From Zootoca vivipara (lineage: Eukaryota), in assembly GCF_963506605.1 (NCBI RefSeq), contig NC_083278.1:80848001-80912000 (forward strand): a stretch of 64,000 bases of DNA, written 5' to 3'. Below the pieces are notes generated by a model that worked only from the letters and a program-made list of their open reading frames with translations, had not been told where the DNA came from and searched no databases. Below are positions 24,001 to 35,525 of this stretch, in pieces (the first letter of the stretch is position 1; each line of letters opens with the position of its first letter). Made by a program: the position numbers and the translations under genes.

Positions 24001-25673
24001 GGGCGTGGAGAGGCAGTGAGTCTGACCCCCAACAATCAGTGGATCTCATTGTCACTTTTTCTCCTCTCCCCCGAAAAATAAAATGGGGGTTTACTTGAGC
24101 TTCAGTAGTGGGTACGAATGTCGCTCGTTATGATAAAGACTGCCCCTGGGATGCTGGGGCACGACGTTGCTTCGTAAATGATTGAACTGCCAAGTTTTTT
24201 GCTAACCTTTATTATAACTTAAGTATGTCATGCTATTTCGTGCTTACTGTCTGACTGTTACAGATAGGCTCCGAGAAGTCGCAAAAGCCTTTAGTGATCC
24301 TCCTCTCGGTACTGTTGTTGCCACAGAGACTATTTCCAGTTCAGAATTTTCCTGATCATGGAATGCAGTAGCCACGTATTAACAGTGCAATATTTTGTAA
24401 ACCTCCTCATGAGATGCGCCAGCATGACAAGTTGCTGTTAACTGGTGTTTTGAGCAGTGCTGTTTTTCTAGAAAAAAAATGCCAGAACCCACCATGAGCA
24501 CCTCTATCATTCTCTAGAATGGCAATGGCGCTCACTTGAGAGGTGCCAGACAGATATTCCTTAACTTTGGTTATGCTATTAGAGGTCTGTAAAGGTGACA
24601 GTAGATATCAGGTTGGATTTCTAACATAGAGGCCCAGTGTGGATTATCATTCAAGGTTTCAGAAACCTTGGTTTATGAGCGTTTGGCCCAAGCACTCTTT
24701 CCCTGCCTCTTCCCTTCTCCCTTTGCACACTGGCTTCTGTGTGAAATCCAGTTCTGTAGCTACTCTCCTAAACTACAGTTCCCTGCTGCATCCAAGCTGG
24801 GAAACTTTGCACAGGAGCCAACTCCTAAGGGCCAAGGTCCCTTTGCCCCTCCCAAAATAAAATATTTGAGGGGGCCAGGGGTCCCCAAAGTTGATGAACA
24901 TTGCCATTCAAATGGTGCGAGTGCACAGTGTATTGTGATCAATTATGTGAGTAGGGCTTACCTACCCCCTTCCAAATATTGTATTCAAGTTGGCACCCTT
25001 GGGCCCAAGTACATTGCCTTAGAGCACAGTGACCCCCCCTTTTGGGCTATGGCACTCCCTCTTAACTAAGATTCATTTGTCACCCATATATTTAGATGTC
25101 AACATAAGACATATTTATTTTTTCCAGGGTTTTGGTAGCTAGCTGCATGTTTTAACAGAGAGGGTTTTTTTGTCCACTACTTTGTGTCTTAAAGGTTGTT
25201 CCTAATCTGTCAATGTTTTAAATGACTGTTCTATGATGCTTTGTGTGTGTGTTGTTAGCCACCCCGGGGTCTTCAGGGAAGGACAACATATAGTAACGAT
25301 AGTTAGATATAATACACGTTGCTATCTGAAAGAGGGTCTTGTAGGACCATCAAGTATAGAATCTAAAATTACCTAGCTGCACCACTGCTTGCAAAGAATG
25401 TGTGAGGGTTAAGAGCAGCTGAACAGCTGGTTCTTGTTTACAAATTTCAATCTCTTTAAAATCTTTGTTGTAAGCACACCATAAGAGTCCAGTATGAATG
25501 TTGTTTTAATTTAGTAAATGTCAATGGGTATTTTTCTAAAGCAACCCAAAGTCTTTTCCTCTGATATGAGATGTCTTAGAATACAACACTATAATTGTAT
25601 AGGATTAAGTCTCTTTTAAGTAAGGTACGATTGCCCCGAGTATACATTAAATAAAATGTATGTTTTATTTTAG

Positions 25674-25900
25674 AGAGTGGGTCCTTGTTGCAGTTGCTGT
25701 TGGAAGGGAATTATGAGGCCATTTTACTAAGTAAAGCAGTCCAGGATATTTTCAGAGCACCTGAAGTAGCAGAAGAGGATACCATTGCCAGCTACTTAGA
25801 AAAGCAGATTCAAGATTATCTGGACTGTTCTTCTGTAGATACGGATCACAATGCAGACATATTTGTATATATGTACATATTATGTAGTACTTATTTGTAA
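25674..25900 (+). pseudogene. TTC27: TTC27 exon 2, copy A, truncated at the junction (25847) and reading into BIRC6 intron to a TAA at 25898-25900
   Basis: Acceptor TTTTAG|AG; [27 protein letters not shown]...[19 protein letters not shown], then non-homologous [17 protein letters not shown]. The native donor is missing. Confidence 0.88.
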
Positions 25901-27218
25901 TAGGTACAACAATGCACATTATCTTAGCTTTCTGGTGGCTGCAGGTATGTAAACTGCCTTACCATGCAAATTGTCCAGTTTCAGACATTAACCTAATAGA
26001 AATAAACAGACCAAGTGCATACAAATTGCAGTTCAGGGATGTGGATTGTGCCACATGATCATACGTTTTCAGAAAGCCCCCTGCCTTCATTTACCAGTTC
26101 TAATCATTGCTAATTAAAGTTCATTGTTAATATGAGGATTTTGGAAGCAGCTGTTTTTAGCCATTGGTAAGTCGGTGCTAGTGCAAGTTTAACCCTGTTG
26201 AAAGGCAAAAAGAATTCACACCACTGCAGAAAAAGAAGTACACTATCTTGTGTTCTGCTCCAAATTGCTTTTTAGTTATGAGAGTCAGTGTGTACACGTA
26301 CACTGCCACAGAGGTAAATCAGAATAAGCATCTCTGTTTTATTTCAGATAAAATAGAGATTTAAACCAGTAATAAATTTATTGATTAAAATCAATAGCTT
26401 GTTTACCAAATTGATTATCAAATATGTGTTAAATGCAGAAACACTATCTGAAGCCATTCCATGCTTTTGTTTAAATGGAATTTTAAAAATAATTTGTTGA
26501 ACAGTTTAGGTAATTTGATTTAATGTCACAAACACGCACACAAATAACAGTTAAAATATATAAACTGAGGTACAGCTTGCCTTTACCTTTACAACATGTG
26601 TAAAAGTACAACTTTGGGACACTGTTGTATTTGTTAAATATAACTGATCATAATGGGGAACTTACTGCACAAATATCAGTCTGCCCAATGAAATTAGTAT
26701 TACTTACTATAGCAAGAAAGCCTGTAAATACTATACCAAAGAGCCAATACGTACAATAAGTACGCTAACAGAAGATTTCTTTATTCATTTGTGGATATGT
26801 TTGCCCTTAAGAAGAGAACAAGAATCGTCTGGTAATTTTTGAATGTTGAAATTGATTATTTTCAAAAGTATTGTTCTTATTAGATAATTTTGCTGATATT
26901 TTATATCTCTGTGTTGGATGCATATTTGGATTTCTGATCTAGTTTGGGCAAAATGCCAAATTTTAATCTAGCTCACATTAATCTGCAGTTATAAATCACC
27001 CCTTTGGTATTCAAGTGAAGATACCATTTATTCATGATAAATATTGATTTTTATTAAAATTGGCAGAAGCCAATTGGGTTTGCAGTTAAGGGAATTTCTA
27101 CTTTTGCAAAAAGTAACCCATTTGATCCCACAACCTCAAGATGTCCCAAGAGACATTACCTAGAGGCATCTTTGCTTACGTGCATACTAAGCACATTATT
27201 TCAGTCTGTTCAGATATA

Positions 27219-27938
27219 CCGTATTTTTTGCTCCATAGGACACACTTTCCCCCTCCTAAACAGGAAGGGAAAATCCCTGTGCGTCCTATGGAGCGAAGTC
27301 ACCGCACGGCAGCAGCGGCGGTAGGGCAAGCGGGGAGAAAGCCCTTTCTCCGCACTCGCCCATCTGCCCCCGCCCGCCTCCTCCGCTGGCAAGAGCAAGC
27401 ATTGGGGTGGTGCGCCTCTCCCAATGCCTGCTCTTGCAAGAGGCAGGCGGCAGCAACGCGGAGGGACAAGGACAACCGGCGAGAAAGCCCTTTCTCCCCT
27501 CTTGTCCTGCAGCTGCTGCCTGCCCCTCCGCCCCTGCTCTGTGAAGCATCTGCCGCTGCCGCTTGCAAAAACCTGCTTTTACGAGCGGGGGGGGGGAGAG
27601 ATGTTTGACACAGAGCAGGGAAGGAGGGGGGGCAGCAGCTGTTCCTTCCCTGCTCCGTAAAGCATCGCTACAGGGCTTCCCCTTTCTCCCCCCTTTTTGC
27701 CGGTGTAGGCAGGAGCGGGGGAGGCAGGAGAAGCCCGACAGCATCGCTACCAGGCTGCCCCTTCCTCCCCCGTCGCTGGAGTGGTCCCTCTGCCGCAGCT
27801 GCCTCCTCCGCTCCCCCTCCAGCGCCCCCCTTCCCAGCCTTTTAGAGGAGGAAAACCAGGGGGAAAATTATTCCTGGTTTTGCTCCTCTAAAAACAAGGT
27901 GTGTCCTATAAGTGCGTCCTTTGGAGTGAAAAATACAG
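27219..27938. mobile_element. Tc1/pogo-type non-autonomous element with GC-rich interior
   Basis: TA|CCGTATTTTTTGCTCCATAGGAC ... GTCCTTTGGAGTGAAAAATACAG|TA imperfect TIRs. Confidence 0.8.
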
Positions 27939-28028
27939 TATACGGCTTTTCCCACAAAACGTGGCAAAGAAATGAGGACATTCTCCAGGTATATTATAAT
28001 GATACAACAGAACACAATCGGTCTAAAC

Positions 28029-28282
28029 CAGGGGTCAGCAAACTTTTTCAACCGGGGGCCGGTCCACTGTCCCTCAGAACTTGTGGGGGGCTGGACTATA
28101 TTTTGAAGGGGGGGGGAAATGAACAAATTCCTATGCCCCACCACTAACCCAGAGATGCATTTTAAATAAAAGGACACATTCTACTCATGTAAAAACATGC
28201 TGATTTCCGGACCGTCCGCAGGTCGGATATAGAAGGCGATTGGTCCGCATCCGGCCCCCGGGCCTTAGTTTGGGAACCCCTG
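28029..28282. mobile_element. hAT (Charlie-like) MITE
   Basis: CAGGGGT...ACCCCTG ends; perfect 8-bp TSD GTCTAAAC. Confidence 0.9.
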
Positions 28283-28486
28283 GTCTAAACAGTTGTTACT
28301 TTTGCATCATATAGTTGGCCATTTCTGGTATCTAAATATGGTGTTTTAGCTTACAGATTCATGCAGCAGCAGAATAATACAGCCAAAGCTTGGTCGTTTG
28401 TTAGCAGAGGGTGCACAATTAAAATGGTGTTACTGTTCAGTAATTTGTACCACTATCTTTTTAACTTTCAATCTGCCTTTTTACAG

Positions 28487-28621
28487 GTTATACACAAACA
28501 CTTCTACTTGAAGAGAGTAGAAATCATGGCTCAGTGTGAGGAGTGGATAGCAGATATACAACAGTACAGCAGTGATAAACGGGTAGGCAGGACTATGTCT
28601 CATCACGCTGCTGCTCTAAAG
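28487..28621 (+). CDS. BIRC6: BIRC6 (BRUCE/Apollon) penultimate coding exon (orphaned duplicate)
   Basis: VIHKHFYLKRVEIMAQCEEWIADIQQYSSDKRVGRTMSHHAAALK matches the vertebrate BIRC6 C-terminal region. Acceptor TTTTTACAG|, donor AAG|GTAAGG, 135 nt, phase 0/0. Confidence 0.95.
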
Positions 28622-29675
28622 GTAAGGTTCACAGATGAGATTACTGCCCATGATTCAGTAAAACCTTTTTGATGCCTGACTACTAACTTCAGTCATAAAA
28701 GCTGTTTAAAACATTCACTGCACACCCTCTAAAGACTTTACACACACACACACACACACACACAAAATGCGTCCACATTTTTCTTGTTCCTCCCACCACT
28801 GTATGCCTTTCTTGTAATTAGAACATACTGGAATGCATCAACTAACTTGCTTCCATTTTTATTTAAAGCCGTTTTTTCCCTGTGCTAACTTTGCAGTTCT
28901 AGAAACAGGAACTGTGACAAAAATGAGTTCATCTGCGTCAGGGGAGAGTGGCAGCTCTGTGTCCCCTCCATCTTGCCTCCATTAATAAGGCACATTCCTA
29001 CCAACAGCAGCCAGTGGGGAGGAGCAGGGATGTGGAAGCTCACAAATCAGTGTCATGTCATACATTTTGCCTTACTAAGTGTTAAGAGAGTGTTAGAAAG
29101 GGTTAGAGACGCAGCTGTGGGGCCTGCTACTTTCCACAACAGGTTGGCCAAAACACAAACTATGAGCTTTCATTGTTGGTCTGGTTATATTTTCTATAGT
29201 AATATTTGCTTTTTGAAGTTAGTCCTCCAACTAGTCTGTCCACCAAAGCCATTTTTAAATAAAACATTGTTGCACTTGCAAATCCTTGCCTATAGCACGA
29301 GGAATCTATGGTCTGCAGAGGTTGTTGGACTCCAACTACCATCAGCCCCAGGCAGCATGGGCAAAGCTCAAAGGTGATGGAAATTGTTGTCTAACAATAT
29401 CTGTAGGGCCATTGGAGCCCCATCCCCCTGCATAGCCTTATGCGATCTTGGCATGTGGATGGAACAAACATGGGCAACGACAAAGCCTTAATCCACACAC
29501 ACATGCATGTTCATCACTTTGATGTCTGCAAGTGTGAATGTCAGCTTTCCATTCATCAAGGTATATGGCATGCAATAGCTTCACTAAGACGTACCCTAAT
29601 TCATTTTCTGTGTGGTTTAAATACAAAAGGCAAGGTTTTTAGAAAACCCATTGCAGGCACACCTATACGCTACAG

Positions 29676-29811
29676 CAGGCATCCCCAAACTACGGCCCTC
29701 CAGATGTTTTGGCCTACAACTCCCATGATCCCTAGCTAACAGGACCAGTGGTCGGGGAAGATGGAAATTGTAGTCCAAAACATCTGGAGGGCCGAAGTTT
29801 GGGGATGTCTG
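29676..29811. mobile_element. Palindromic hAT MITE, 136 bp
   Basis: Long inverted arms; TSD CGCTACAG/CGCTAGAG (one mismatch). Confidence 0.88.
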
Positions 29812-30054
29812 CGCTAGAGTCTATAACCCTGTTCAAGCATTATTAGAACTGGGCTTAAATAGCTCATATGGTGCTGTTGTGCCTACGTGGTGAACCCACC
29901 CCAACATTCCCACCCACGAGTTTGTTGCATTGACCCAGAAGGTCTAAGGGTAGGTCTAAACGTTCAAAGTGGGTTCTACTGAAATCCCCTGTGCTGCTTT
30001 CAGAACTGGTTCTTGTTTTATGATGTGAGCACAAAGACCTGCTGCACAGAGTTA

Positions 30055-30391
30055 AAGGGTAAAGGGACCCCTGACCATTAGGTCCAGTCATGACTGACTC
30101 TGGGGTTGCGGCACTCATCTCACGTTATTGGCCGAGGGAGCCAGCATACAGCTTCCAGGTCATGTGGCCAGCATGACAGCCGCTTCTGGAGAACCAGAGC
30201 AGCACACGGAAACGCCATTTACCTTCCTGCTATTTCCCTATTTATCTACTTGCACTTTGATGTGCTTTCAAACTGCAGGAGCTGGGACTGAGCAACGGGA
30301 GCTCACCCTGTTATGGGGATTCGAACTGCCGACCTTCTGATCGGCAAGCCCTAGGCTCTGTGGTTTAACCCACAGCGCCACCCGCATCCCC
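30055..30391 (-). mobile_element. Sauria SINE in the last BIRC6 intron
   Basis: Family sequence plus a perfect 14-bp TSD GCTGCACAGAGTTA. Confidence 0.93.
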
Positions 30392-30598
30392 GCTGCACAG
30401 AGTTACTCTTAATAATCTTCCTGCAGCTTCCATTAGTAGTAGAGAATAGCAAAAATACCAACTACTGTCACCACATGAAGACTCCAAAGCTTTTATTGCA
30501 GCAGTTTCTCATTTTGTCTGTAAAAGTATTGCAGTATGGCTGCACCTAAATTGCTGTGAGTCAGCCCCTTTCCTCACTATGAATTTGTATGTGCACAG

Positions 30599-30778
30599 CG
30601 TCACACAGCTCAACTGCGGGAAGAGCTTCAGAAACTCCCCTGTCCCGAAGGCCTGGACCCAGATGCTGATGATTCAGCCGAGAAATGCAGTGCCATGACA
30701 AGTGCTGAGGATGCTCTGTTGCACGAGCAAGTCAAACCGAGCAGCAGTAAAGACCTCCCAAGTGACTTCAAATTATGA
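30599..30778 (+). CDS. BIRC6: BIRC6 last coding exon (orphaned duplicate)
   Basis: Not in the ORF track; translated by hand after acceptor CACAG|: RHTAQLREELQKLPCPEGLDPDADDSAEKCSAMTSAEDALLHEQVKPSSSKDLPSDFKL-TGA, matching the BIRC6 C-terminus. Confidence 0.95.
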   Translation, partial: RHTAQLREELQKLPCPEGLDPDADDSAEKCSAMTSAEDALLHEQVKPSSSKDLPSDFKL

Positions 30779-31635
30779 GCTGCGTTGACATGGACTTGAT
30801 AGACACACGAGGCTTTGAAGCACAAGCCAAATATGTCAATATTTGTATCTAAGAAGCTAATTATGTAATAGGTAATGAAACTATACTATGCCCTTCAGGA
30901 TATACAGATTAATTCAAGATGATCTTTTATTTACCTGTACAAGAGTGTAAACTTTTTTGTGCTTTTATTTCCAATTGTGAGAACCACTGATTGGTATGTT
31001 TAAAAAGTTATGTATACAAGAATGGATAAATCACTGCTATATAAGGGAAGCTACCTTAGGAAAGAATGTTTACTGAATGTTTATATTTTTTTTTTTTACT
31101 TGTAGAGTGAGGGCGGTTGTAACAAAGAATATATATTGGTCATTCTTACAGCTACTATTTAAAGTCGGACAGTTTTCACTGAATTTGATAGATTTTACGT
31201 TTGGCCATATCTCCATTCTCATATTTGATTTCTAAAAAGAACCTCCTGTATACTTCAATAAAGGTCAAATGGACATGCTCCCTCTTATGATTTACTGGTA
31301 CCTTTTTTAAAATAATCTGCCATTCATTATAGTTGGAGACTTGCACTTGTATGACTGAATTTACTACAGTCAACATATTTAATTTTATGCTTAACTAATT
31401 CTAAAAATGCAGATGAAATAAATGCACATGGTTTTACCTCAGCCAAAATGTGGACTGCTGGATTCATCTTTCATAACTCTTTATTAACAGCTGGATGACT
31501 TCTGCTCAAGAAGAGCAAAAGGATGTTATGACAATGAATTCATTAAGTAATTTATATGAGGAAACCCCAGTGGAAGTTGTTACCTTCTGGTCCTTCCTAA
31601 TGACTAACACCCATTAAAACATAATAGTCTAGTTC
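30779..31635 (+). other. BIRC6: BIRC6 3' UTR (end approximate)
   Basis: AT-rich, repeat-free sequence after the stop; the start (GAAGCACAAGCCAAATATGTCAATATTTGTAT...) resembles the mammalian BIRC6 3' UTR as recalled. Confidence 0.75.
31257..31618 (+). terminator. Candidate BIRC6 polyadenylation signals
   Basis: AATAAA at 31257 and 31417, ATTAAA at 31613. Confidence 0.55.
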
Positions 31636-33692
31636 TGGAACATTTGTGTGAGTTACATATTATGTTTCCAGAGCTATCTGTCAATTTTTAAGCAGTTTGC
31701 TGGCAGACACAATATTGCATACTGAATAATTTTGAAGGTTTCTTATCTAGTTCAAAGGATCAGGCCAGGTGTGTTGTGGCTTCAAGATAAAAGCAGCAAC
31801 CAAAGAGTCTCTAATTTTCAGTAGTATCTCTTCCTGTGGCACTTAAGGCCACAAGAACAATGTTGATCAATCATTGCTTATCACGGCCATGCTGGCTTGG
31901 GCTAACTGGACCTCATCAACTTCTGGAGGGCCACCAGTTCTCTAGCCCTGTGTCATATACTCTCTGAACACTTGGGAAACAGCAGCTGGCAAAGCACCTT
32001 AGCCCTAGTGATGAAGCACTGAGGTAAACTTTTATGCACATGGGTGTGTTAAACACACATGCAAGCAGAAGGTAGGTGCTACTCATTTTTTAATTAATCA
32101 TCAATTGAAACTGAAATAAGGACACAGCAAAGGACATTGTGTATGTCAGGAGCTAAATTGCAAGCAGGGTGGGGTGTGGAATCCTATGCTGTTAAAGACC
32201 TGAAACTTAGAGGAGGTAATTCTGTAGAAACTTACAGTTCACGCTGCTCTCCTTTATCAGGGAAGCCTTGAGTGGCTGGCTGCAGTTAACCTAGACAGAA
32301 ATGGGACAGAAAGTAATATACAATTATACACTGATGAAGACCACAGTTCAGACCTAGCAAGTGGGAAAGTCAGCTTATAAACAACCGTAGGGTTAGCTTT
32401 TTCCATGTCACTGTAAATTCAGCTTAGGTTTTAAGTTCAAGTAAGTGTATGGAGTTTCAAGAAGTGAGGCAAAGAGTGGTGATGTGTGAAGGCATTACTA
32501 ACAAAAGTTAACAAGTAATTTCATCCATCTACAGTTGGATTGAAAAGGGAAAATGCTGATATTCTAACAAAAATATGTTACCCTAAGATCATCTGCTATA
32601 TCCAAACATGGGAAAGTCGCCAATATAATTCCAATTTTTAAAAGGCAATCCTGGCAGTAGAAGGCCTTTTCCATGCAAATTGGTGGGAAACATTATTTAA
32701 GATAAATTAATAAACATTTAGAAGAACAAGTATTACTGAAGAAGAGCCAGCATGGCTTCTACCAATGCATACTCCATCTGTATAACCTTTTGAGAGAGTC
32801 TTAAAAAGCATGTGCTAGGGGTGAGTCTGTAGACACTGCCTACTTAGACTTCAACACAGCTTTCAGTGAAGATCCTCTCCAAAAGTATCTGGGTAATGTC
32901 CCATCATCCCTAACCCCTGGCCATGGGCTAATGGGAACTGGAACCCACTGAGACCCATATTTGACAAGCTCAAGATAAGATGGCAGCCCATCAAGGATCA
33001 CAAATGACAGCCTATTAAGGATCAATAATGAATTTAAGAATAAATGGACAGAAGAAATAGAGTAAGACTAAATGGACTGTTCTCACAATTATATAAAAAG
33101 TGGAGTCCCCAAAGATCTGTAATGACACGTCTGCTTTTTAACTTGTTCATAAATGACCTAGAATTATGAGTGAACAGTGTGGAGGCCAAGTTTGCTGATG
33201 ACATCAAATTATTCAGGTTACTAAAAACAAAAAAAGCATAATGAATAACTCCAAAATGTTCTCTCCAAACTGAGTTAAAAAAAACAAATGTCTGTTGATA
33301 TGAATAAAAATGGTGTACATTGGGGCAAAAAATCCAAACTTCACATTTATACTGATGGATTCTAAGCTAGCACTAGCTATACAGGAAGGAAATATTGAAT
33401 TCTGATGGATAGCTCAATGAAAATGGTGACCCAGTGTACAACAGCAGTGGAGGGCGTAGATTCATTAGTAAAAGATATTTAAAAACTCTGCCAATATCAT
33501 AATGCCCATTTGGAATGCCACTTAGAATTCTAGCCACTGCATCTGAAAAGGGGTATTGTAGAACTGGGTAAAGTGCAGAAAAGGGGAAATCAAAATGATC
33601 GTGAGAATTATATGACAAGGTTACAGTGTTTGGGGATTTTAGTTTAGGGGAACGACACGCTATAGATTTATAAAATTGTGCATGATATAGAG

Positions 33693-34028
33693 CAGGGACA
33701 TCCAGCTCCCAAGAGACTGTGATCTACTCACAGAATAAAAAACTGGCAGTGATCTACCCCTTTTTGCGGGGGGGGGGGCAGGTCTCAAAGTTGTTGAGCT
33801 TTTTAAAGGGAGGAAAAGGGAAAGTTGCTAACTTTAAAAGATCGCTGAGGAAACAATCAGCCATCGGCCTCACAGCGAAAATACCGTCCTCCGTTTCAGC
33901 AATCATGCAAAAATGGAGGAGGGGGCGGGGATGGATGCTATTATGCCACCGCAAAGGAAAAGGAGCCAATGATCAACCGCGATCAACCAGAACCTCCCAG
34001 GGATCGATGGACTGGTTGGACATCCCTG
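33693..34028. mobile_element. hAT MITE nested in CR1
   Basis: CAGGGA...TCCCTG ends; TSD ATATAGAG/ATATACAG. Confidence 0.75.
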
Positions 34029-34255
34029 ATATACAGAAAGTACATAGAAGTGTTTCTGCCTCTCGTAATACTAGAACTTGGGATCATCCAATGAAGCTGA
34101 ATGGTAGTATATTCAAGACAGACAACAGGAAAAAGCCAAGTACTTCACAAAGCATATACAGAATTCACTTTTACAAGATGTAGTGATGGCCACCTACCCA
34201 GAAATATTTAAAAGATTAGACACTTCCTAGAGAATAAGGCTATCAATTGCTACTA

Positions 34256-34618
34256 AAGGTAAAGGTACCCCTGACCATTAGGTCCAGTCGCAGGCGACGA
34301 CTGGGGTTGCGGCTCTCATATCGCTCTGTAGGCAGAGGGAACCGACGTTTGTCCGCAGACAGCTTCCAGGTCATGTAGCCAGCATGACTAAGCTGCTTCT
34401 GACGAACCAGAACAGCACACAGAAACGCCGTTTAGCTTCCCATCGGAGCGGTACCTATTTATCTACTTGCATTGGCGTGCTTTAAAACTGCTAGGTTGGC
34501 AGGAGCAGGGACCGAGCAACGGGAGCTCACCCCGTTACTGGGATTTGAACCACCGACAAGGTCGGCAAGCCCTAGCTAGGCTCAGTGGTTTAACCCACAG
34601 CGCCACCCACATCACCCA
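34256..34618 (-). mobile_element. Sauria SINE nested in CR1
   Basis: Family sequence plus a 16-bp TSD CTATCAATTGCTACTA. Confidence 0.92.
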
Positions 34619-35525
34619 CTATCAATTGCTACTAGTAATGTTCTATCTCCAGGATCAGGGGAAACATGCCTCTTAATAGCCTCTGGGAAACAACCAGAAG
34701 ATTGGTGGTTCAAGCCCACCCAAGGATAGTAGTGGGCAGGACAGGGGGTGGACTAGATGACTCTTGGGGGTACCATCCAACTCTACCATTCTATGAATAG
34801 CAGGACAGAGCTACTGTGCTCATGTCTTGCTTATTTGCTTTCCACGGGCATCTGATTGGCTGCTGTGGGGAAACAGGATGCAGGACTAGATCCAAGTTTG
34901 GTTTGATCCAGCAGGGATCTTTTCTTAATGTTTCTAGGGGGCAGGGACAGACAGAGGCTTTTATCACTACTGTAATTGTTAGAGCTAACTGTGTAAGTGT
35001 GGTTGCTAAAGGTACTGCAACATGTAAAAGCTTGTTCAAGCAGTGTTGTGTAAAATGTTGGTTTTTAAAACATCCTCCTACAGCCCCCCCCACAGCCATC
35101 ATTCATTGTTCACTGAAGCCAAAAACGTGATACCATACATTTCAAATGCATGTTAGTAATTGTCTAGGAATTTTCATGACGTAATCGGAAATTGGGACAA
35201 AGGATACTTGCCAAGTATTTTAATTATTAAAAGTTAATACAGGGGATATGTCACTAAATACTCATGGTTTTATGGATGCTAGAAGTGAAGTAGTCTCAGC
35301 TAAAGGAATGTGGAGAGATGCAGCACAGTGGTTTTGACTGACGTACAGTAATTTGCTTAGTACACTTTTTTTCTTCTATGGAGGCATGTTTCTCCACATA
35401 GTTTGCAAAGGCCTTTAGTAGGACACCCTAAGTAGAATTGGCAAGACAAGCTCTAGATTTTAGGCAATAACTACCCTGACAGGGATAATATAGGCATGTC
35501 CCTCTGCCAAGCTTTTATGAAGTAA

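Larger units (their letters stand above)
1..25847 (+). repeat. Tandem segmental duplication, copy A (visible 3' part; left end outside window)
   Basis: Matches 38147..63993. ORFs in the track recur with identical translation at a constant offset of 38,146, from 52->38198 to 24760->62906. Confidence 0.98.
32560..34930 (+). mobile_element. Long degenerate CR1 LINE (RT region to 3' end) with nested insertions
   Basis: AGCCAGCATGGCTTC, TTAGACTTCAACACAGCTTT and AAGTTTGCTGATGACATCAAATT (KFADDIKL) motifs, ending in a CR1 tail. Confidence 0.8.

Noticed and set aside
27141-28177. ORFs up to 194 aa
   Set aside because: They lie in the GC-rich interior of a non-autonomous transposon; no DDE transposase motifs.
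23522-28621. In-frame TTC27-BIRC6 fusion protein
   Set aside because: Exon 1 is phase 1 and the BIRC6 exon is phase 0; extended exon 2 hits TAA before the good cryptic donor; phase-0 GT sites before the stop are poor donors.
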